Source: an uncultured bacterium
Lineage (GTDB): Bacteria; Actinomycetota; Acidimicrobiia; Spongiisociales; UBA5794
Reading direction: 5' to 3'
Length of the DNA: 64,000 nt
NCBI GenBank assembly: GCA_963801165.1
Contig: CAWDDT010000007.1
Location: 32,001 to 96,000, forward strand
The notes under the pieces are model-generated. The model made no database searches. It was given only the letters and a program-made list of their open reading frames with translations, and was not told where the DNA came from. Position numbers and translations under genes: made by a program. Positions 1 through 9,374 of the stretch are shown piece by piece; position 1 is the stretch's first letter, and every line of letters starts with the position of its first letter.

Positions 1-77
1 CCGATGTAGTGAAGCCAATCACGGCCCGGCAGGTGATAGACCCGCGCTTGTTCCCGTCCCACGGCTTTGAGTTCCAC
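1..77 (-). CDS. N-terminal fragment of a gene running off the window (possibly cupin-like), MELKAVGREQARVYHLPGRDWLHYI...
   Basis: Minus strand has AAGGAGG followed by GTG at 77 and an open frame to the window edge; product is a guess. Confidence 0.5.
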   Translation of the reverse strand, partial: MELKAVGREQARVYHLPGRDWLHYI

Positions 78-201
78 TCGTCGCCTCCTTGGATCCCGGG
101 TCCTTCCCGAAAGACGCTCAATCATCGATTATCGAGTATTGAGATTAGTTGTTGACGGGGACGATGGTCAAAAACCGTCGGGTCGTGGGGCTTTTTGGGC
201 G

Positions 202-696
202 TCAGCTGAGGTGCCGGACCGCCTGATTCCAGGCGTCCTCGTCGACCAGCTCGCCCAGGTGGGCGACGGCAAACTCGATCTGTCGCATACATCCGTTCCT
301 CCACACGCCGCTGGCGATGAAGGCGTCATGCTGGGAGGGGATAGAAATGTCGTAGCCGATTAGGTCCGCACAGTCCCGGCTGCCGAACTCGGTCTCGAAC
401 TTGTTGACGAGATCCTGGATGATGCCGCGTGCGACTCTTTTGGCTTGCTTGTGGTCGGCGAGACGTACCCCGGCGAGACGACCGACCGCCACCGCCGCCC
501 CGGTTATGGCGCCACAGACGCCGCCGCTGTATGCAACGCCGCCGCTGAGGGCCATGGCAGGGGACGAGTCGGACGGGTCGGGCATCGCAAAGATCGTCTG
601 CAGAGCTACGAGTGTGGCCTCGGCACAGCCGTAGAGGTTGTCGTCACGGAGGAACAGATCTCTCGCCAGCTCCCGGGGATCCTCCGTTTCAGCCAT
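202..696 (-). CDS. C-GCAxxG-C-C family putative redox protein
   Basis: Motifs YGCAEA, GGVCGAITG, SRDCADL and GCMRQI. Start placed at MAETEDP; the longer ORF extends through a repeat region. Confidence 0.8.
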   Translation of the reverse strand: MAETEDPRELARDLFLRDDNLYGCAEATLVALQTIFAMPDPSDSSPAMALSGGVAYSGGVCGAITGAAVAVGRLAGVRLADHKQAKRVARGIIQDLVNKFETEFGSRDCADLIGYDISIPSQHDAFIASGVWRNGCMRQIEFAVAHLGELVDEDAWNQAVRHLS

Positions 697-795
697 GCCG
701 ACGCATCCTTTCCGCCCGTCTCTCCGCAACCGCCAGGGCCACCTCGAGAATAGCCACAACCAGGAACCGCCCATCGGGCACTGTGCGCAACTAGC

Positions 796-1345
796 GATCC
801 CCCAATTCCGGCGGGATGTGGGCGTCTTGGGTGGCGAGGAGGTCGATTTCATCAGCCTTCTGAGCGATCCGGGTTGCACTCTTTTTGTGAATCTGGACCT
901 GTTCGCAAGGCCCTCCTCGACCTGGCCCTGCGGGCCGGTCGATCCTCCCAGAGGGAGGATGAATTCCTTTTCCTCCGGAGAAGTGGCGGGCTCTTTGTGT
1001 GGGTTGGGGGCAAGCAGTGATCCCCCCATTTCGGGGGGATCGGGCGGCCTCCCGGGCCGTCCGAGGGGGGAAGGACGAGCGGCGGTCGCCGTTGGTTTTG
1101 TCTCCCCTCCCGGTCCGGTCCCTCCCTGCGGTCGGGTCTGGCCCCGCCCTCCCGCAAGGGGAGGGCTACTACTGGCGTGACCGCCGATCGGGTGCTGTGG
1201 GCATGTGATCCCCCCATTTCGGGGGGATCGGGCGGCCTCCCGGGCCGTCCGAGGGGGGAAGGACGAGCGGCGGTCGCCGTTGGTTTTGTCCCCCTCCCCG
1301 TCCAGTCCCTCCCTGCGGTCGTGTCTGGCCCCGAACGCCCCTCCC
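796..1345. repeat. Cluster of REP-like palindromic repeats, including a ~135 bp direct repeat with 188 bp period
   Basis: GATCCCCCCATTTCGGGGGGATCGGGCGG...GTTGGTTTTGTC is identical from 1019 and from 1207. Related hairpins at 796-817, 941-960 and ~1147-1165. Confidence 0.85.
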
Positions 1346-1385
1346 ACATGGTGGACAATCGCGAGAAGTAGTACGGTCTCTCGAC

Positions 1386-2114
1386 ATGGACGACTCCCCG
1401 GACCAGGGCCCCGCCCCGCGAGTCAAGGTTCTCGCCTGTGCCACGGTGCTCGAGGAGATCCGCCCTCTACTGGAGCCGGAAACGGCAGTCGAAATGTTCG
1501 ACTTCGGGCTCCATCTCCGACCCGGGGGACTGCGCGAAGCGCTCCAGAACGCCGTCGACGAAGCCGGTGAGGACTACGACGTCGTGCTCCTCGGCTACGG
1601 TCTCTGTTCGATGGCCGTTGTCGGGCTGGAAGCCAACAACTGCACGATCGTCATCCCCCGGGTGGACGACTGCATCGGGGCATTCCTCGGTTCCCAGGAG
1701 GAGTATCTGGCCCGCTCGGCCGAGGAGCCGGGCACCTATTACCTCAGCAAGGGATGGATCGAGGTCGGTGACACACTGCTCGGCGAATACCACCGCATGG
1801 CCGAAAGACACGGTGAGGAGAAGGCGATGCGGATGATGTCGCTGATGCTGGAGCACTACAAGCGTCTCGTGTATATCGATACCGGCCACTCCGACCAGGA
1901 GCCGTACCGGGAGAAGGCCCGGGCCATCGCCGCCCACTTCGATCTCGAGTACCAGGAGATCACAGGCTCGAACCGGCTGCTCGGCAAGCTGCTCAACGGT
2001 CCCTGGGACGATGACTTCGTGGTCGCCCCGCCGGGCACAACAGTCGGCTACAACGATTTCAGGTCGACCGCACCGGTCTCCGCCAATGTCACGATCGGAA
2101 GAGTGGCCGAGTGA
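1386..2114 (+). CDS. DUF1638 domain protein (associated with corrinoid methyltransferase clusters)
   Basis: KVLAC..LEE, LHLRP..L, LLGYGLC, PRVDDCI, GTYYLSKGW pattern; operon context. Confidence 0.8.
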   Translation: MDDSPDQGPAPRVKVLACATVLEEIRPLLEPETAVEMFDFGLHLRPGGLREALQNAVDEAGEDYDVVLLGYGLCSMAVVGLEANNCTIVIPRVDDCIGAFLGSQEEYLARSAEEPGTYYLSKGWIEVGDTLLGEYHRMAERHGEEKAMRMMSLMLEHYKRLVYIDTGHSDQEPYREKARAIAAHFDLEYQEITGSNRLLGKLLNGPWDDDFVVAPPGTTVGYNDFRSTAPVSANVTIGRVAE

Positions 2115-3964
2115 CCTCGGGGCACGAGGTCCGGTTCCAGCCGATCGGCAGACGGATCACGGTGTCCGCGGATACGACGGTGTTCGACGCAGCCAGAGAC
2201 GCCGGGGTGGATCTGACCTCGGCGTGCGGGGGCGAGGGCCGCTGCGGTCTATGCCGGGTCGAGGCCGTCTCCGGGGAGGTGTCCCAGCCCGAGACTGCCG
2301 AGTTGGCGGTGCTCGGCTCACAGGTCGACGATCGACTCAGGCTGGCATGCCGGATGCGGATCGGCAGCGACGTCGTCGTCCGTATCCCGGCCACCTCGAT
2401 GCTCTCGGGCCCCCGACTCCAGGTCGGCGGAGTCGCCGTGCCCGTCGAGGTCGACCCGGTGGTGCAGGCCTATCAGATAACGATGGAGCCGGCCACGCTG
2501 ACCGATCCCCGTGCCGATCTGGACAGGCTGCTGGGGGCGCTCGCCGCTGCGCACGGGGTGCTCGCAACGGGTGCCTCGTTGCCGGTGATCAGCGCTCTCA
2601 GCGGGCCGCTGCGCGACCACGACTGGACGGTTACCGCCTTTGTCCGGGGTGATCAACTTGTCGGAATCGCCGAGCCGGACGCCGCCCCGATCGGGATCGC
2701 GGTCGATCTGGGAACGACCAAGATCGCCGCCCACCTGCTCGATCTGGCCACCGGCGAGAACCTGGGCGCAGCGGGCGTGCCCAACCCGCAGATCGCATAC
2801 GGCGAGGATGTCATCAGCCGCCTCGAGCACGCCTACCGAAATCCCGACGGCGGCGATCAGCTCGCCGGGGTTGTCTGCGAGGCGATCGATGGCCTCGCAG
2901 GCGAGCTTCTCGAGCAGGCCGGGAAGAAGCGGGAGCAGCTCGTCGACGCCTGCATCGTCGGGAACACGGCCATGATCCATCTGCTGCTCGGCTATCCAAT
3001 CCGCCAGCTCATCAAGGCCCCGTTCATCGCGTCGTCGGCCCGTCCCAGCGACGTCCCGGCGGCGGCGATCTCGCTGGACGCCGCCCCAGGTGCGCTGGTC
3101 CACGTGCCGGGCTCGATCGGTGGTTTCGTCGGGGCCGACCACGTCGCCATGATCCTCGCGTCCGACATCGGTCTCGCCGACACAACCGTGCTCGGCATCG
3201 ACATCGGTACCAACACCGAGATCGTCCTGAGCAAGAGAGGGGCTGGTCGTCTCACCGCCACCTCGTGTGCGTCCGGTCCGGCGTTTGAGGGTGCGCACAT
3301 CGCCGATGGGATGCGAGCCGCCGCAGGCGCCATCGAGCGTCTCACCATCACCGAGGCGGGTGTCGAATACGAGACGATCGAGGACGCCGCCCCTATCGGG
3401 CTGTGCGGCTCGGGCATCGTCGATGCCGTAGCCGAGCTGCATCGGCGCGGGATCATCAACCCGCGTGGGCGTTTCGAAAAGGACGATCCGAGGGTCACGA
3501 TCGGTGACGGGGGTCCCCAGCTCGTCTTGGCGGCTGCGGCGACCACGGGCAGCGGCCGCGACGTGGTGATCACCCAGCATGACGTCAACGAGATACAGCT
3601 CGCCAAGGGCGCCATCCACGCCGGGGTCGAGATTCTGCTCGAGCTCACAGAAACCGAGCCGGAGGAAGTCGACATCGTGCTCATCGCGGGCGCGTTCGGC
3701 TCGTTCCTCACGGTGGACAGTGCCCTCGACATCGGTCTACTGCCCCGGCTGCCTCGCGCCGGCTACCGCCAGGTCGGCAACGCGGCCGTTGTCGGTGCCG
3801 TGCGCATGCTGGTATCAGCCTCTGAGCGGCGCCGGGCCGAGGAGATTCTCGACAACACCGGGTACGAGGAACTGACGGTGCAGCCTGTCTTCGGGAGACG
3901 CTTCGCCATGGGCATGCTTCTCCCGAATCTGGAGGCGACATCCAACATGGAAAGGACGGCATGA
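2111..3964 (+). CDS. RACo/ASKHA-family ATP-dependent reductive activator of corrinoid proteins with N-terminal 2Fe-2S domain
   Basis: CGGEGRCGLC...LAC ferredoxin motif; AVDLGTT, IDIGTNTE, ASGPAFEG, GLCGSG, AGAFG, GNAA. Confidence 0.92.
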   Translation: MTSGHEVRFQPIGRRITVSADTTVFDAARDAGVDLTSACGGEGRCGLCRVEAVSGEVSQPETAELAVLGSQVDDRLRLACRMRIGSDVVVRIPATSMLSGPRLQVGGVAVPVEVDPVVQAYQITMEPATLTDPRADLDRLLGALAAAHGVLATGASLPVISALSGPLRDHDWTVTAFVRGDQLVGIAEPDAAPIGIAVDLGTTKIAAHLLDLATGENLGAAGVPNPQIAYGEDVISRLEHAYRNPDGGDQLAGVVCEAIDGLAGELLEQAGKKREQLVDACIVGNTAMIHLLLGYPIRQLIKAPFIASSARPSDVPAAAISLDAAPGALVHVPGSIGGFVGADHVAMILASDIGLADTTVLGIDIGTNTEIVLSKRGAGRLTATSCASGPAFEGAHIADGMRAAAGAIERLTITEAGVEYETIEDAAPIGLCGSGIVDAVAELHRRGIINPRGRFEKDDPRVTIGDGGPQLVLAAAATTGSGRDVVITQHDVNEIQLAKGAIHAGVEILLELTETEPEEVDIVLIAGAFGSFLTVDSALDIGLLPRLPRAGYRQVGNAAVVGAVRMLVSASERRRAEEILDNTGYEELTVQPVFGRRFAMGMLLPNLEATSNMERTA

Positions 3965-4755
3965 AGCTAATCGGAGAGAAGATCAACGGCACCCGGAAGC
4001 GGGTTGCTGCCGCCATTACAGACCGCGACGGCGATTACATCACCCAGCTGGCAACCAGCCAGGCCGGGGCCGGGGCGACGTGGCTCGATCTCAACGCGGG
4101 AACCCACCCAGACCGCGAGCCCGATGATCTTGTTTGGCTCATCGAGACCGTCCAGTCGGCTGTCGACCTGCCCCTGTCTCTGGACAGCGCGAACCCGACG
4201 GCGCTCGAAACGGCGCTCGGCCACGTCGCCAGGACGCCGATCATCAATTCGATCAGCGGCGAGCGCGCCCGGATCGAGGGGATCCTCCCCCTGGCCGCTA
4301 AACACGGCACAGGGGTGGTAGCTCTTGCCATTTCCGAGACCGGGATCCCCGAGACCGCCGACGAGCGGATGGCCGTGGTTCGCAACCTCATCGCGGCGAC
4401 CCGAGCCGCCGGTGTCGCCGACCACGACGTTTACGTCGATCCGCTCTTGTTGACGGTCGCCACCAACAACGACGGGGCTCTCATTGCGCTCACCACCATG
4501 AAGATGGTCCGCAAGGAGTTTCCCGACGCCCATCTCACCGTCGGGCTCAGCAATGTCTCGTTCGGGCTGCCCGCCCGGGCGCAGATCAACCGTGGTTTTC
4601 TGACCCTCGCCATCGAGGCCGGGCTGGACACGGCGATCGCCGACCCGCTCGACAAGGGTCTGCAGGCACAGATACTGGTCACCGAGATGCTGCTGGGCCG
4701 GGACCGGCACTGTCTCAACTACGTCAGAGCATCACGAACAGGCCTGTTCGAATAG
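3961..4755 (+). CDS. Methyltetrahydrofolate:corrinoid methyltransferase (AcsE-like pterin-binding MT2)
   Basis: LIGEKING, LDLNAG, SLDSAN, IINSISGE, YVDP, GLSNVSFGLP, AIADP. Confidence 0.9.
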   Translation: MKLIGEKINGTRKRVAAAITDRDGDYITQLATSQAGAGATWLDLNAGTHPDREPDDLVWLIETVQSAVDLPLSLDSANPTALETALGHVARTPIINSISGERARIEGILPLAAKHGTGVVALAISETGIPETADERMAVVRNLIAATRAAGVADHDVYVDPLLLTVATNNDGALIALTTMKMVRKEFPDAHLTVGLSNVSFGLPARAQINRGFLTLAIEAGLDTAIADPLDKGLQAQILVTEMLLGRDRHCLNYVRASRTGLFE

Positions 4756-4774
4756 CAACCGGAAAGGAACACAC

Positions 4775-5407
4775 ATGACTACACCCGCGGATCTGGTGTC
4801 GGCGATAACCGACATGCGGGAGGATGACGCCACGACCTACGCTCGGGAGTTGCTCGACGGGGGGACCAAGCCGGTTGCCATCCTCGAGGCCTGCCGTGAG
4901 GCGATGGACATCATCGGCAAGCGGTTTGAGGTAGGGGAGGCCTTCATCCCCGAGCTGATCCTCGCCGGCGAGATGCTCAAATCGGTGACCGAGGTCGTCA
5001 AGCCGCACCTCGAGGCAGAGGCGCCGCAGGAGCCGGTGGGCAAGGTCGTTCTGGGCACCGTTGAGGGCGATATCCACGACATCGCCAAAGACATTGTCGG
5101 TTTCATGCTCGAGATCAACGGCTTTGAGGTCACCGACCTCGGTGTCGACGTGCCTGCTGCCAAGTTCGTAGAGACGGTCGGGCAGACCGGGGCGAAGATC
5201 GTCGGTCTGAGCGGATTCCTCACCCTCGCCTATGACCCGATGAGGGACACGGTCGAGGCTCTCAAGGCCTCCGGTTTCGACGGCAAGGTCATGGTGGGCG
5301 GCGGTCAGGTCGACGAGAGCATCCGTGATTACACGGGGGCCGATGCGTACGGGAAGGACGCCATGGCTGCTGTTGCCCTCGCCAAGGAGTGGTCGGGCGC
5401 AGCTTGA
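4775..5407 (+). CDS. Cobalamin-binding corrinoid protein
   Basis: Cap domain plus GTVEGDIHDIAK (DxHxx), DLGVDVP, GLSGFLT, VMVGGG. Confidence 0.93.
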   Translation: MTTPADLVSAITDMREDDATTYARELLDGGTKPVAILEACREAMDIIGKRFEVGEAFIPELILAGEMLKSVTEVVKPHLEAEAPQEPVGKVVLGTVEGDIHDIAKDIVGFMLEINGFEVTDLGVDVPAAKFVETVGQTGAKIVGLSGFLTLAYDPMRDTVEALKASGFDGKVMVGGGQVDESIRDYTGADAYGKDAMAAVALAKEWSGAA

Positions 5408-5453
5408 GCTCCACCGGAAACAAGGCCGATTGCTAAACCAAGGAGTCACAGAG

Positions 5454-6797
5454 ATGCTTCCCGACAATTGGAACGAAATGACCCCTGCCGAGCGGCAGGA
5501 ATTCAGGCTTGCCGGCTGGGCATCCGCCGGCGGCATGGACTTTGCCTCCCCGGAGGCCAAGGAGAAGTACAGGATTAGGACCAAGCGGTTCATCGACGTT
5601 CTGAAGCTGCGCGAGCCCGACACTGTTCCCGTCGAGCTGGTCGGCGGCGGGGTGATCGCCGAGCATGCCGGATTCACTCACGGCGACATGATGTACGACT
5701 ACGAGAAGGCCACCGCGGCGGCGCTCAAGATTCACGAAGACTTTGATGTCGATTACCAGGTCGCGGGCAATTTCTGGCCGGGCCGGATGTTCGATCGTCT
5801 CGGCTACAAGCTCTACAAGTGGCCGGGACACAATCTGGCGGACAATCAGCCGTACCAGGCGGTCGAGGGCGAGTACATGATGGCCGACGAGTACGCCGAG
5901 CTCATCAACGACTCGGAAAAGTTCATGCTCCGCAAGTACTTCCCCCGGGTGTTCGAGTCGCTGGGGGCCTTCTCGATGCTGCCGTCGTTCTGGGGCGCCA
6001 CGGAACTGCCGTTTGTGCCGTTCATGATGACTCCGTTTGGCATCCCGCCGGTACAGGAGGCATTCGCAGCGTTCCTCGATGCCGCCAAGTTGTCGCTCGA
6101 GTTCATGGGTGCGATGGGTGCCCTCGGTGGTCAGCTCGCTGCCGTCCACGGTATCCCGGGGACGCTCGGCGGGTTCTCCAAGGTTCCGTTTGACTTCATC
6201 GGTGACACCCTGCGGGGCACGAAGGGCATCATGCTCGACATGTTCCGCAGGCCGGACGAGGTGCTGGCGGCATCCGACGCCCTGCTCCCGATGGCGATCG
6301 AGTTCGCCGTTGGCAACGCCAATGCCTCCGGCAACCCCTTCATCTACATCGTCATGCACAAGGGTGCCGACGGATTCATGTCCAACGACGATTTCAAGAA
6401 GTTCTACTGGCCAGGCTTCAAGAAGCTGATGCTCGGGATCATCGAGCAGGGTGCGATCCCGTTCAACTTCGTCGAGGGTGCCTACAACAGCCGGCTCGAC
6501 ATAATCGCCGAAGACGGTGACATCCCGCCGGGCACGACGATGTGGATGTTCGACAAGACCGACATCGGCGAGGCCAAGAAGAAGTTCGGCCCCTGGGCGG
6601 CCATTGGTGGCAACATCGCCGCCTCGCTGTTCAAGGCGGGGACGCCCGAGCAGATGCGGGACAAGGTGCGCGAGACCATGGAGATCGCCGCACCCGGTGG
6701 TGGCTACTTCATGACCCCTGGTGCGGTCATCGACAATGCCACCGACGCCAACATCGAGGCCTATCTCGCCGCCGGAAAGGAGTACGGCAGGTATTGA
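5454..6797 (+). CDS. URO-D-superfamily corrinoid methyltransferase MT1 (O-demethylase OdmB/VdmB/MtvB-like)
   Basis: EPDTVP, EYMMADEY..LI.D, PFDFIGDTLRG..GIMLDMFRRP, FYWP, GTPE, APGGGY; AGGAG RBS before ATG 5454. Confidence 0.8.
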   Translation: MLPDNWNEMTPAERQEFRLAGWASAGGMDFASPEAKEKYRIRTKRFIDVLKLREPDTVPVELVGGGVIAEHAGFTHGDMMYDYEKATAAALKIHEDFDVDYQVAGNFWPGRMFDRLGYKLYKWPGHNLADNQPYQAVEGEYMMADEYAELINDSEKFMLRKYFPRVFESLGAFSMLPSFWGATELPFVPFMMTPFGIPPVQEAFAAFLDAAKLSLEFMGAMGALGGQLAAVHGIPGTLGGFSKVPFDFIGDTLRGTKGIMLDMFRRPDEVLAASDALLPMAIEFAVGNANASGNPFIYIVMHKGADGFMSNDDFKKFYWPGFKKLMLGIIEQGAIPFNFVEGAYNSRLDIIAEDGDIPPGTTMWMFDKTDIGEAKKKFGPWAAIGGNIAASLFKAGTPEQMRDKVRETMEIAAPGGGYFMTPGAVIDNATDANIEAYLAAGKEYGRY

Positions 6798-6806
6798 CGA
6801 GGGTGT

Positions 6807-6845
6807 AGCTCATTGCGGCGGCGGGTGGCCGCTGTCGCATGAGCT
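6807..6845 (+). terminator. Stem-loop closing the methyltransferase operon
   Basis: AGCTCA-TTGCGGCGGC...GCCGCTGTCGCA-TGAGCT imperfect inverted repeat ~10 nt after the stop codon. Confidence 0.55.
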
Positions 6846-7287
6846 TGGATCGCTGTGACGGTTGGGCGAAGGCGGTGACGGTTAGGTAAGGGAATGTCGG
6901 GTCGCTGTGCCCCGCCGTTCATGTTGATCACCGCCACATACCGTAGTTGCCAGATAACGGGATGACCCGGATATTGCCCGGATCTCGGACGCTGGTGGGT
7001 GCTCGATAACGCGCGTGGTGGTTGGTGTTATGGGCGGGCCTTTTCGGGGTTCTGATGCTCCTCTTTCTTGGGAACTTTCTGCCGCTGTTTGGAGTCATAC
7101 TTGGTGAGATCTAGGGCGGCGTTGCCCGAAGCCAGTGGTCCCGACTGTCGTGTCTCCGTGGTGATCGGGATCGAGTGGAGCTTCGCCGTATTTCGGGTGA
7201 TTCTCCCTTCCTGAAAGGGTTTGTGTCGTGTTGATGCTCCGAGGCTTGGCGTTTGTAGGGAAGGCTCGGGACGAGAACCGAGGCAAA

Positions 7288-8468
7288 ATGTTGGTGCGCT
7301 CGGCATTGGTACTTGTGGCGGTGCTTATCGGTGTCGCCGCGTGCGGTGACGGCACGAGCTCGGGAAACTCGTCCACGACCGGTGCGCGTTTGAGTCCGTC
7401 CTCGACCATCGCGGCGACATCGACAACTTCTACCTCTTCGACGACTTCGGTTCCAACGACGACCGTGCCAGGTGCTCTGCTGCCGGATCAGGCTGTCTTG
7501 CCGGTGATGTTGTTCGTGAACGGAGTCGTGTACGACCTCTCGGAGGTCCCGGCGCGCGAGATCGTCGACATCGGACAGTCGAGCGTTCCCTATGCGGGTC
7601 CGCCGATCCTCACAGAGGAAGGGTTGCTGTCGGCCACGGGCGAATCGTATGACGCAACCCTGAACCTTTATCCAGCAAACGGGGGTGATCCCGTCGAGCT
7701 GGCACGTGGGGTTGGCAGCTTCACTCTCAGCCCGGACGGTTAGCGGCTCGCCTGGGCCGAACCGACCCCTACCGACCGTGACGGCGAGGTCAGGTTCTCC
7801 ACACCACCACGTTCAGTGGGTTCCCCTTCCCCGACGTCGACCCGCCGGTGGGATTCGCCGACGCCGTAACTTATGTTGGCGACAACGTCCTGCTGATGAC
7901 CGGAGACGGAGCGGTCGCCGCCGCTGCGGTATGGACACCCGCCACTGGTGATATCACGATCATTCCGGGATACAGCAGCGGGCTAGTCGGCAACGCAACC
8001 GGCAACAGCGTGGTTCTCTCCCAAGGTGACGGACCCTGTGGAGTAATCGCTTCGATCGGCGATGATGGATCGGTCAGCCCTCTCGACGGCGGCGATACGA
8101 ACAAGGCGCTCGACTGTTGGGCAAGCTCGGCCCCGACCTTCTCGCCAGACGGTGCCGTCATTGCCAGCGCAGGAACCGACGGTGAAACCGGGCCACCGAT
8201 CCTGCTGCTGACCTCTGCGGAAGGTCCCGAGCTCGCACGCCTACCGATCAACGACGTTCCCGGGCACTACTTCCAGCCGCACACCATGAGTTGGCTCGAC
8301 AAACAAACCCTCGTACTCCTCGCCTCAAGCTTCGATTCGAACCGGGGGGACGAGGAATGGGAAATCTGGCGATGCGATTCCCAGCAGTCCGAATGCGACC
8401 TGGCACAGGCAATCGACTTCAGCCCCACCGACTTCAACCAAGTCGCTCTCATCGACGCAGTGAAATAG
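7288..8468 (+). pseudogene. Disrupted lipoprotein with TolB/WD40-like beta-propeller repeats
   Basis: Lipobox VAACG and Thr/Ser linker; TAG at 7741-7743 within SPDG*RLAW; frameshift near 7790 into the 7848..8468 frame, which contains FSPDG. Confidence 0.65.
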
Positions 8469-8647
8469 CGCAATCGAACAACAATCATGCAGCGAGAACG
8501 CAGCACTTCGGCGCGTAAGCGATGACGGCACCTCGAGGCTCGGCTCGGTGGCCACTGAGGGTGGCGCTGCGCGGGGTGGGGGTGCGCTCGTCGGGCTGTT
8601 GAGTCGATCCGGTTGCATCGATGCGCTATTTGTGGCATGTTTGTGGC

Positions 8648-8884
8648 ATGGCAAGAGTCCGGGTTAGTACAACAGTGGATGAAGGGCTTCTCGAAGAAGC
8701 CAGAAGACTGCGAGCCGGAAGTAACGACGCTGCGCTGCTGGATGAGGCGCTTGGCGCACTCCTCGCGCAACATCGTCGAGCCCAGGTTGACGCAGGCTAT
8801 GCAGCCTATGACGCGATACCTCTAGACGAGCCCGATGAGTGGGGCGATCTTGCGTCATTCCGAGAGGCGGCCGGATCGTCATGA
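8648..8884 (+). CDS. mazE: Antitoxin of a MazEF module (mycobacterial MazE5-like)
   Basis: RVSTTVD..LL..AR ribbon-helix-helix-like N-terminus; [15 protein letters not shown]-terminus; ATGA overlap with the toxin. Confidence 0.75.
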   Translation: MARVRVSTTVDEGLLEEARRLRAGSNDAALLDEALGALLAQHRRAQVDAGYAAYDAIPLDEPDEWGDLASFREAAGSS

Positions 8885-9210
8885 ACGGTCTGCCCACCCG
8901 GGGTGAAGTCTGGTGGTGTGAACTGCCGGAGGTCTCTCGACGACCGGTCGTCGTCTTATCCCGTGCGGCTGCGATCCCTCGACTGCGAAGGACGGTGATT
9001 GCGCCGTGCACAACCAATATCCGGGGACTGCCTAGCGAGGTTGTGCTCGAGCCGAGAGAAGACCCGGTTCCCAGGGTATCGGCAGTCAACCTCGACTCGA
9101 TCGAGAGCGTCTCGGTGGGATCGCTCACGCAGCGGGTGGGTCGCCTCAGCGATGACCGCATGCGTCAGATCTGTGCCGCTTTCAACATTGCTATGGATTG
9201 TGATCCATGA
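8881..9210 (+). CDS. mazF: PemK/MazF family endoribonuclease toxin
   Basis: [38 protein letters not shown]. Confidence 0.9.
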   Translation: MNGLPTRGEVWWCELPEVSRRPVVVLSRAAAIPRLRRTVIAPCTTNIRGLPSEVVLEPREDPVPRVSAVNLDSIESVSVGSLTQRVGRLSDDRMRQICAAFNIAMDCDP

Positions 9211-9374
9211 GAAGCGCGATTGTGCGTAGAGCAACAAATATCGAGCGAGAACGAGCACATCGCCGAACCACGCAGACCGAAGCCTCTTTGTGTCAAGGGG
9301 GTCTTTTTGGGGTTTGGGCGCGGTGGGTTGGCCTGGCCTGTTCAGGGGGCCGGGTTGGTTCTAGTGTTGGGGCT

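Noticed and set aside
120-147. TCGAT-T-ATCGA dyad as a GntR-type operator
   Set aside because: Short, single occurrence, with no cognate regulator in the window
1017-1345. CRISPR array
   Set aside because: Only two long (~135 bp) copies, no short repeat-spacer periodicity and no cas genes
697-1347. 217-aa N-terminal extension of the C-GCAxxG-C-C ORF and other ORFs over the repeat region
   Set aside because: Translated repeats with Pro/Gly/Arg-rich low-complexity sequence; not protein-like
700-1385. Cobalamin riboswitch upstream of the corrinoid operon
   Set aside because: No B12-box or ordered GGGAA / GCCACTG / AGACC elements found by eye; the structure is explained by REP-like repeats
6850-7280. 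ncRNA or mobile-element remnant in the long intergenic stretch
   Set aside because: No repeat, recognisable RNA motif or credible ORF could be supported by eye
7741-7743. Pyrrolysine read-through of the amber codon next to a methyltransferase operon
   Set aside because: The gene is a lipoprotein rather than a methylamine methyltransferase, a frameshift follows anyway, and no pyl genes or tRNA-Pyl are in the window
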